Assembly: GCA_051294375.1 (NCBI GenBank)
Contig: CM119271.1
Location: 428,721 to 492,720 of the forward strand
DNA length: 64,000 nt
DNA from: Paraspadella gotoi
Taxonomy: Eukaryota > Animalia > Chaetognatha
Reading direction: 5' to 3'
Made by a program: the position numbers and the translations under genes. This document shows positions 49,723 through 60,200 of this stretch, piece after piece. The number at the start of each line of letters is the position of its first letter. Position 1 is the stretch's first letter. Under the pieces are notes generated by a model that had not been told where the DNA came from, did no database searches, and worked only from the letters and a program-made list of their open reading frames with translations.

Positions 49723-49832
49723 CTGAAGGAGAAGCGGAAGAAAAGAAGAATTAAAGATGAGAAAAATTAGACAAAAGAACATTGGGTGGGAAGGAGTGTG
49801 ATAAGTTATATAGTCTATTATAAACTATTATA

Positions 49833-50151
49833 TATGAAATTGGTACAACCAATATAAAAATTATCCATTCATTTAATAAATGAGCTATCTTGCCCCTGAC
49901 TTTGGACAGGCTTTGGCGGTTTAAGGACTTCATCACTCATACAAGATAATGAAATAGCAGGTTCCTGCAAGCTTTCAATCAAACTCTCTCGCGGTCTCAT
50001 TTATTCACTTCCAGAGTACCTGACTGCTAAGTCATTATCTTGTAAGTGTGATGGAGGCCTTAAACCACCAAAGCCTGTCCAAGGTCAGGGTCAAGATAGC
50101 TGATTTATTAAATGAATGGATAATTTTTATATTGGTTGTACCAATTTTATA
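49833..50151. mobile_element. Family D twister-bearing element, two copies in inverted tail-out arrangement
   Basis: ~120-bp inverted repeats; twister motifs at 49886-49948 (-) and 50036-50098 (+). Confidence 0.75.
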
Positions 50152-50680
50152 GTATGACAGTCTAAAATTAATAATGCTGTGATTCCAGGGCTTTGGTCTA
50201 TTTAAGATAAACATTCAAAATATACGTACCTTAAAAATATAAGATAAGCAACAATGAAGGATCACCATTTGGTGATGGCTCGCCTATACCTGGATATTGG
50301 GATTAAAGAGTTGAAAGAAAACAACACTGACTTCCCCTTCCCAAATTGAAATATTAGATAAAAAATATATTTTTAATATATATATGATTAAATAATATAG
50401 ATTAAATACTAAATCCTTCATAAAAATATTAAAATATAAAAATATTAAAATAGAAAAATAGAAAATAGTGAAACAAGTAATTTGCAAATTTTCATAGCAA
50501 TGAATGATACGATCTAATACAAACAAAGCAGCTCATTAAAAAATATACCATTTCATTGATAAAAAAGCCAGGCTCTCTTGGAGATAGCGAGCTAGACTGT
50601 GACTTGAAAGCTTGCAGGGTCTTGCTATGTTATTATTTTGTAAAAAGGATTGAGGCCTTAACTCACTATAGCCTGCCCAG

Positions 50681-51281
50681 TAGAGTGATGTGAAAATGAT
50701 AAAATTTTAGAAAATTAAAATTTAGCATATAAAACGTGAAAATAAAAACTTAAAATTACTTAAGTAAATTAATTTTTTAATTTCATACATTAGTAAGCAC
50801 CAGTGAGCTACATTTATATATAGTAATAAATATATAATGGCAAAAATTTTAAAATACAAATTTTTAAATTTTAAGATTGGATTTGGATTCCTTGCAAAAA
50901 GTTAATATATGAAAGTATAATTCTTTTTTAACAAATTTTTTATTAAGTTGGTCCAATATTTTAAAAATCGGTATCTTTTATAGAGTTTTTATTTTGAGCT
51001 TAAAAATATAATTTTTTTATAATTTTAACTTACTTAATGACATAATTTTTGAAAAAGATTTATATTTTCTTTTAACAACTTTTAACAAGGAATCTGAATC
51101 TATTCTCAGAATTTAAAAAAAATTTTTTAAAATTTTGATATTATATAAGGGTAATACTATATATAAGCTGACTGGGCTACTATATTTATAAAAAAAAAAG
51201 ATTATAAATTAGTATTTACCAATATAATAGTTTTCAAGATATAACTGCTAAATTTTAATTCCGAACTTTCACTTTACCCTA
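50681..51281. mobile_element. hAT-type MITE
   Basis: TAGAGTGATGTGAAA/TTTCACTTTACCCTA ends, perfect 8-bp TSD CTGCCCAG. Confidence 0.8.
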
Positions 51282-51289
51282 CTGCCCAG

Positions 51290-52974
51290 TAATGTGGAGC
51301 ACTCAAGAAATGACCGAACAACTATATTTGGATATGAAATATTATAATAATATGATAAACTAATATAAAAAATATTTTGTTCATATTGTCTCTCTCTCTC
51401 TCAGAATAATAAAATATAATAAATTTGTAGTGATATTTTTATTTTTTTTAAACTTTTAATAAAGATTCAGGTTCTTCATAAAAAGTTGAATCAAAAATAT
51501 AAAACATGTTATTAAAAATTTTATCATCTTCAGCATTTAAAATAAGAAAAAAATAATGATTCAAAACTTTTTTATTCACTGTAGTAAAAACTTATACGTA
51601 AAAAAGTTTTAATCATTTTTTCTAATTTAAACATTCAAATATCATATAACATATTTTATTTTAAACATGAAACGAAACGAGTTTTCATCAGCAAATGAAT
51701 TCAATAAACAAAATATTTTTTAACATTAGTTTGAGAGAGAGAGAGAGTTTCCAACAAAGAATTGAGTAAGGGATAGTGGTCAGATATGAGGACAAGTGAA
51801 GGGAAAGAGAGAGTAAGTAATTTTGAAATTGGTAAAAAGAGAGAGAGAGAGATATAGGGAATATTATATAATATTAGGCAATGTACAACAATAAAAATTT
51901 ATAAAAACTAAATATTTAATAAGAATAATAATAAATTAATTGTTAGCTGATGATTGTTAGTTTAATAGAAGGGAAAATGAAATAGAAGAATAAGTGATGA
52001 GGGATAGATAAGTTAAAGATAAGTGAAATGGTAAGGTAAGAAAAGAGCTCAAAATGAGCTCCCTCTCTCTCTCTCTTTATCTCTCTCTCAAACTAATGTT
52101 AAAATTTATTTTGTTTATTGAATTCACTTGCTGATAAAGACTCGTACCACTAAAAATCGAAACGGGTATATTAAGGCATAGTAAAATTTCTAAATTTAAC
52201 TTTAATTAAAATTCTAAAAGTGAGGAACGAACAACATTATACTAATGAACATTTATGTAATAAAAAAATTTATAATAGATTTTACAATTTACGCAGTAAG
52301 CCATATTTATACTAGTACTAAACCAATAAATGTTAAAATTTCAAAACAGTTTTTTTTTAAATTTTTTTGCAGATTTAGATTCGTCATAAAAAGTTGATAA
52401 AAAGAAATATAATTCTTTTTAAAAAATTCCTTCATTAAGTGGGTCAAAAATTAAAAAAAACTATATTTTAAGCTGAAAATTAATTTTTTATGTATTAAAT
52501 ATAATTTTTTAAATTTTTAATTCACTTAATGAAAGAATTTTTAAAAATGATTTATATTTTCTTTCATCAACTTTTGACGAGGAATTCAAATCTGCAATCA
52601 AAATTAAAAAAAGCTTATTTTAAAAATTTTTGATTTTATAAGGATAGTACTATATATAAATATAACCTACTGCGAAAATTAAAAAATATAAAATTAATTT
52701 TTTTTACAAATCAATATTCACTGATGGTATGTTGTTCATAATTGACTTTTAGAATTTTTGTATGTAACTTTCACTACGCCTTAATGTACATTAATAAAAA
52801 AAAATTATTTGGAAATTTAACAATTTTATAAGGATAATATTATATAAATAATTGAATTTACCATACTGTAATGCAATAAAATTTTTTTAAAAAATTTAAA
52901 ATTCATTAATTACATGTTCATAGTCAGCAAAAAAATAATGTTCAATCACTCAAACTTTTCATCACTCCACCCTA
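51290..52974. mobile_element. hAT-type MITE (family of 6439-7085) with a nested PLE remnant (~51670-52170) and a further MITE (52172-52783)
   Basis: TAATGTGGAG../..CTCCACCCTA ends, flanked by CTGCCCAG and CAGCCCAG. Confidence 0.65.
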
Positions 52975-54299
52975 CAGCCCAGTGCTCGGATTCTTAGTTA
53001 TTAAGTGAATAAAAGGATCTGTACGATCTGTAGACTGTACAAACTACTTGCCAAATTAAATCTTGGTGGCGATTCAACTAATCTTTAATGACATGGTGTT
53101 GTATTCAGTACTATTCAATACTATTCAGTATTCACAGACCTCGGCGAAATTTGGAAAATTGGGCGATCGGACGCATATTTTTTCTTCCTGAAGTATAAAG
53201 AGAAAAAACTTAAAAACAAATTGTGAAATGCAAAGAAAAAAATTAATCATAACATGGCGGAAGTTCAATCTGTATCAGGCGCATGGTGCCAAGAGTAAAT
53301 TAAACGTTCCAAAAGAAAAAAGCAAAAATTATCTAATGAATTAATAAACTAATTATGCACAGTACATATATTAATTAATTTATATATTAAATATTATGTA
53401 ATAAATTTACGTAAATCTCATATTTTTTATTGCAAATGCCTTATGGCTTACCTGTAAGGCAACAGTTGATTGGCGGAGAACCGGCAAAGAAGCTAAGTCA
53501 TGTCCAATAATCGTGCAACATTTGGAGGAAGAAGAGGAAAATTAAACATAAAACTATATATTATAATAAAAGAGGACGAGACCAGTCGGAGTTAATCAGT
53601 GGTCGTCGTCGTCGTCATCGTCTTCGTAGTCATCGTCGTCATCACTGAGAATTTTCCCGCGGGTCATGACACCTGACCCGCCTAAAGTGGATGAAAAGGA
53701 AGAGGAGAATCTCCTCCCCATTAATGACTGTTCCTGTTTATCTTAACGTGTGAATTGATGTAAAAGATAAGGCAAAGATTAGAACTTTGATTCTTTTCAA
53801 TTTCTTATCACATTCATAATTTTACTTTCAGAATGTCTTTGTTTGCTTTAATTATAAAAAATATTAGGTTAAGTTTCGGATAATTCGGATTTCATTTCAT
53901 TATTCGCTGTTTTTGACCGACGCTGCAAACATCAATTTTTTTTCAGGATTTTCGAGCTCAGTAATGAACTATGAAGTCCAAATAAGATTACAACTCCATA
54001 TTACACCTGCGCCGATACCTCCGTTTATTCATTAATTTGTTACTAACTAGTCGTGTTTAGAGACAAAGGTCGATTCCAATTTTTGTGATCGTTTCACTCT
54101 ATTTCAGTTCATTTTAGTTGAAAAGTTGAAATTTGAAATGCTTCTTTTGTTTATTGAAAAGAACTTCGTACATAAATTAACGCCTTATTAATATTATTTA
54201 ATTATAATATAATTTATAATATTATTATATATATAATATAATTTATAATGAAATTGGTACAACCAATATAAAAATTATCCATTCATTTAATAAATAAGC

Positions 54300-54361
54300 T
54301 ATCTTGCCCCTGACTTTGGACAGGCTTTGGTGGTTTAATACTCCATCACTCTTACAAGATA
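54300..54361 (-). ncRNA. Twister ribozyme motif, type P5 lacking P3 (family D element ~54248-54425); predicted cleavage between 54337 and 54336
   Basis: TATCTTG-taa-GAGT-GATGG-agtat-TAA-ACC-ACC-aaa-G-CCTG-TCCAAAGT-CAGG-gg-CAAGATA; T1 CCA:TGG; T2 AC:GT; 7-bp P5. Confidence 0.78.
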
Positions 54362-54963
54362 ATGACATAGCAGGTCCCTGCAAGTTTTCAAGTCTCGTTT
54401 ATTCACTCCCAGTGTACCTGGCTTCCCTATCAATGAAGTGGAAAATATTTCAAAGAATGTTTCAATTGTATGAAAAGACCACTCCCTTAAGTATTAGATC
54501 GGGGAAATATAATATAATATATAATAATATAATATATATAATAATATAATATATATAATATAATTTATATTCTATACTTTTAGCATTAAAATCCATTGAT
54601 CTTTTGTCGAGATTTTGTGCTGAACTCGTCCTCTGGTCCACCGCTTTTCATTGGCCCTCCTCCTCCTCTTCCTCCTCCTCATTTCGTTATAAAAAGCGGA
54701 AAAACAAAATTTTTGGCGCACATGTTACACACGTCCGACGTTAACTGAACACCAAAAAGAAAAACGTGGGAAAAGGCCGGTAGAAATTGATATTCGTGAT
54801 CATTTCTGTTCTTGGAAAAAAATGATTCGACGAAAGGTGAGATTGGCTCAGCCGAGCATCGAAGACTGTTTTCTAGAAAAGGTGAGTTGAAATTATCACG
54901 TATTACAGGTTTAAACGCAATCGATAATCGTTTTGCAATGACCATTTTAATACGCAGTTCAAA

Positions 54964-57115
54964 ATGCCCACTCCGAAGAAGATGTCGGTGGGAGTGAAGG
55001 ATGGGACCAGGAAGCGTTGCGTCTTAGAAAATACTACGAATGACAACTTTAATCAGTTGATATCGTTAAAGGTATTAGAAATTAAAAGGCTTACTATAGA
55101 CTAAAGCGGAAATTTTCTATCCGTAAATTCAATTTGCACGAAAAAGAGCTAATTGTGTAATATATCGCTTATAATTTTAGTGGTTCTATGTGTAGCTATT
55201 TTATTTGTGCACCTCTAGAAACGCCCGAGCACGCCCCCCGAATCGCCGGCGAAGAAAAGCCGCATCTCCCAACTGCCCGCTCCAAAGAAGACTTCGTTGA
55301 TCCCGAAAGACTCTGACTCGGACGATTCCGACGAATCGAGCGGCTGCGAAGATACGCGACTGCGAAATCTCCAAGACAACAAAAACTTCCTGGCTCAGCT
55401 CGACCTCGCCGGCGCCACAGCCGCTTTTAACGAAGGGAAAAGAAAATCGGCGCCGCCGCGTCAGGATGCCAAAGGGCTGCGCAAGTCGGAACCGAAGCGC
55501 GAGACTGCGCCGCCGCCACCGCGCCGCGCCAGTCTTCGCTTGCGCAAGATCGAATCGGACGGCGTCGCTTTGCCGCCGAATTACAAGGAACCGACGTTGA
55601 AGGAAATGTTGGCCAATCAGTATAGAATGGGGTAAAACATTTGAATGGAAAATTTTTAATTTGTTTAATGTTTATAATTTAGCCGAGCGGGTCTTTGTTT
55701 CTTTTCGTCAATATGGTCTTATTGAACATTCTTTGAGTTCAATTCTTCCCCAATAAATGTAACTTCCCATTACCCTTAATTGAAACAACCCAATAAAATT
55801 TATACTTAATTTAATTTATTACCTCAGTGTACGACCCCAGTCGTCGGGAACGACCGGCTCCTTGGCTCAGGGGCCGCAACCGAGAGACGAACGAAAGCCG
55901 GCTATCCCGCTCAAGATGGTCGAGTGTCTGGCCAACGGTCCCAAGATGGACGACGAAGGAGATATTCCCTACGAACTGTTGCCCGAGGGCGAGGAGAAGC
56001 GAGAGAGAGAGTCGGCGCTCGATCGGCGACGCGAGGAATTCATCTCCGATTTGAGAAATTCCGTCTCGACGGCGACGATTCCGACGGAGATTAAATACAA
56101 AGACAAATCGGAAAAAGATTTTTTGGAGGATTTAAAAAAACTTCGCGTCTCCGAATCTTTGGAGCGCAAGGTCGTCAAGGAAAGAATCTTCGGGATGGGG
56201 ATTCACCCGGGCGTCGAGAAAATCATCGTCGCTGTCGGAGATAAGTCCGGCGGCGTCGGGCTTTGGGACGTGAGCGACGACGGAGTCGGCGAAGACGGCG
56301 TCCACTACTTTTACCCTCACACGCGACCGATCAACGTCCTGCGGTTTCCCGAGTGGAACTCTTCCTCACTTTACAGTTGCTCATACGACGGATCGATTCG
56401 TAAAGGAGATTTTGAAAAGGGCGTCTTCGATTTAATCTTTTCCGACGAAAACTTCGCCGTCAGCGCTTTTGCTTTTACGGGTCAGCGATCGCTCGTCGCT
56501 AGCGATCTGGACGGAGGCTTGTCCGTTGTTGACGAGAGGACGGGCGGCACGAGCGCCGTGGAGACTTTTCAAGTTCATCTGAAAAGCTGCCGATGCGTAG
56601 ACGTCCATCCGACGGAGGAGCATTACTGCGTCACGAGCGGCACGGACGGTCACGTGATGATTTGGGATCTGAGACGGATGGGCAAAAATCCGACGCCTGT
56701 GGTGGATGTGACGCAGTCGCGAACCGTTAACAGCGCGTACTTTTCGCCCGTCACTGGAAATCGCGTCTTGACGACGGGTTTGGACGATTTCTACCGGGTA
56801 TACGACTTTTCCGACCGCAAAAAAACGCCACTCTTCAAGGACCTGGGCCACAACAACAATACCGGCAGATGGCTGACCAAGTTCCGCGCTGTTTGGTATC
56901 CGAACCGCGAGGATTTTATTTTGTCGGGACTCATGGGTCACCCTAGACAGATCGAGTTGTATTCATTGAATCGAGTCCCGAAAAAACTATATAAAGTTCA
57001 TTCTTATTTGGAAGAAGACGTGTTGTCGAGCATTTGTTGCGTCATTCAAGGTCATCCTCGACTGCCCCTCATCGTCGGGGGCAATGCCAGCGGGAAAGTT
57101 TATGTATTTAAATAA
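54964..57115 (+). CDS. WDR76: WD repeat-containing protein 76 (Cmr1 family); exons 54964-54987, 55219-55631, 55828-57115
   Basis: N-terminal RLRNLQDNKNFLAQL and RRASLRL; WD region KVVKERIFGMGIHP..AVGDKSGGVGLWD, HTRPIN, SCSYDGSIR, VNSAYFSPVTGNRVLTT and HNNNTGRWLTKFRAVW. The first exon is less certain. Confidence 0.92.
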
Positions 57116-57214
57116 TATTTTTTCCCTTATGTAAAATTTAATAAAAATTTTAAAAATCGCTTTTACGTTTTATTACTTTTTTTCCCTCCTTTTGATTTAA
57201 ATTAGGGCCTCGAA

Positions 57215-60200
57215 ATGATGATCCTTTTTAACGTGATAGCTATTTTATTGTCCGCTACACCCCATGCGGTGCATTCGACTCCTGAACTTTTATCTCGAAT
57301 CGTGCCAGAATATGATTATTTGTGCAATGGGGCAGAGATTAAAGTCTGCCATCCCATCTCTGTTCAAAAGTACGTCCAGTGCTACAACAGCTCGGCTCCC
57401 GTCGAAATTACTTGCCCAAAAAGATTTCATTTTTGCTTCGAGCATCAAAAGTGCGATTTAGAACAGTACGGCGACTGTCACCCGACACTCTCGATAGAGG
57501 AAGCGAGAAAAATCCGGTGTCCACTGCTCATTGATCCAATAGAGGGAAAGTTTCATTGCAGCGAGGGTAACGGTTTCGAATCCATTTGTCTGTTGGCGTG
57601 CGCTCCTGGATTTCAAAGACACGGATTGACGACCATCAAATGTGTCCAGTCCAAACAGAAAAAGGGAATATGGTCGGGCGCGCCCGGCGATTGCGTTCCT
57701 GAACATGAAGGAGAAGTTCTTCCTCACAAGCAGAGTAACTATTGCAAGTTGACCGAATTCGGCGAGGACGAGCGCGTCAATTGCGAGGGATGTGACGATG
57801 ACAGTTGTCCAGATGGCGCCAAGTGTCACTTTGTTTGCTCTACTGGTTCTGATGAAACTGCTCCCGCTATATGTAAGCACGGGAACTGGCTTTATTTTAA
57901 AGAGGTTTGCCAATCATTTTCTTGTCAACCGTTTGAACATGTACCGAATGGAAATATAATATGTTCGGATGGTTTCAGTTCGGGTTCGAGATGTACGCTT
58001 AAATGTAATCCTGGATATGAACTCATTGGTTCGCCGAAAACTTCTTGTGCAATCGAAGGAAAGTGGGATCAAGAATTGGGAATCTGTGAAAAATATCACA
58101 CCGTTACTTGCAATACATTGGAAGATATTGAACATGGCAAAATAGTATGTTCAGATAATTTGAATGCCGGTTCTGTTTGTAAGGTTTCATGCGAGGTTGG
58201 CTATGACCTGATTGGTCAACAAATGTCTTCTTGCAGAACAAATGGAGAATGGGATGAAGATTTAGGATTTTGTGAGAAAATGGAAACTGTTTTTTGCGAC
58301 CGATTTAGAGATATCGATTATAGAAAAATCGTTTGTTCCGATGACTGGAAGGAAGGTTCTATTTGTGAAGCATTTTGCAACGCTGGATATCGACTGATTG
58401 GTGCGCAACAAGCGTCTTGTATGCATAATGGAAATTGGAATCAAGACTTGGGCTATTGCGAAAAGAACCCTTTAATTACTTGCAAGAAAAACATAGATGT
58501 GAGCAATGGGAAGATAACTTGTTCGGATAAGAGGAATTCGGGATCGGTATGTGCCGTTTCTTGTAATAGTGGTTTCCGATTAATTGGAGAGCAGGTTACT
58601 TCTTGTACAATTGATGGAAGTTGGGATAAAGAATTAGGATATTGTAAAAAGATTAACAAAATCATTTGTCCTGCCTTAGAACCAATTGAAAATGGACATT
58701 TGATTTGTTCAAATGATTTAAATTCTGGTTCTATTTGTAAGATTTTATGTGAGGCCGGATATGACGTTGTCGGTGAGCAAATGTCTTTTTGCAGAGCAAA
58801 CGGAAAATGGAGCCGAGATTTGGGGTTTTGTCACAAAAGGATTTCATCTTGTAAAGGATTGGAGAACGTAGCAAATGGAAAAATGGTTTGTTCTGATTTT
58901 AGAAATATAGGTTCTGTTTGCAAAACTAAGTGCGATGTTGGCTATGAACCCGTTGGGCCACTTGTTAGCACGTGTATGAAAGATGGAAATTGGAACAAAG
59001 AAATAGGTTTTTGTAGAAAAATTCCGACGATTACCTGTTCTGAATTATTAAATATTAAAAATGGAATAGTATCTTGTTCGGATAATTTGAATTCGGGTTC
59101 AGTTTGTTCCCTTTCATGCTATGATGGCTATGATTTGATTGGTTCTCGGATTACTTCTTGTACTGTAAATGGAAATTGGGAAGCAAAATTAGGGTTTTGT
59201 CAACTACAAACAGCTTCTTGTGAAGAGTTAAATCATTCGGAAAATGCACAATTTGTGTGCTCAGATGATTGGAAAGTAGGATCTTTTTGTACGATTTCTT
59301 GTGATGTTGGATATAAACTAGTTGGATCACAAATAACATCTTGCACAGTAAATGGAAATTGGGACCATGAATTAGGTAAATGTGAGAAGATGCAGCTCGT
59401 TTCTTGTTTAAGAATCGATCGAATAAATGGCCAATTGTCCTGCTCGGACGACTGGAACTTAGGCTCAATTTGTGCCGTATCTTGCAATGCTGGTTATACC
59501 GTAACTGGTTCAAAGTTTACCTCTTGCTCAGCCAATGGAAACTGGGAAGAAAAATTGGGATTTTGCGAGAAAATCAAACCAGATTCTTGCGTCAAATTAC
59601 GAAACGTAATGAATGGAGAAATAACTTGTTCCGATGATTTGAAGGTTGGGTCCATTTGCAGCGTTTCTTGCGACATTGGTTACGAAGTAATCGGCGCCCA
59701 CGTCTCTGCTTGCACGATTTCTGGTGATTGGGAACGAGAGATTGGGCGTTGCGAGAAAATCCTCGTTGATTGTTCCTCTTTGGCTCATTGGCCGGAAGTC
59801 GAGTGCGATGACAAATGCGAGTCCGGATCTTGTTCACAAAATTCCATTTGTCAACTGCGTTGCGAAAACGGAAAAGTTCCCCATGGCTACGACGAAACGA
59901 TTTGCAAAAATGGGGAATGGTCCGTGCAACTGGGAAAATGCGTCAGAAAATGTTCTCCCTTAACTGTAAGGAATGGTTACGTAGAATGCTCCAACTCTTT
60001 CGAAATGCAGTCAACTTGTCAGGTTTTGTGCATCAACGATTACCGCGTTTCCGGAAATCGAGAGGCGGTTTGTCTGTCGTCAGGAACATGGTCGACGAAA
60101 ATAGGAACTTGCGAACGAAATTCGTCTCCTTGCGAGCGACTGGAAGACCCGTCAAACGGCAAACTCATTTGCATGAGAGAGCAAAAAGTTTTGCGGCGTC

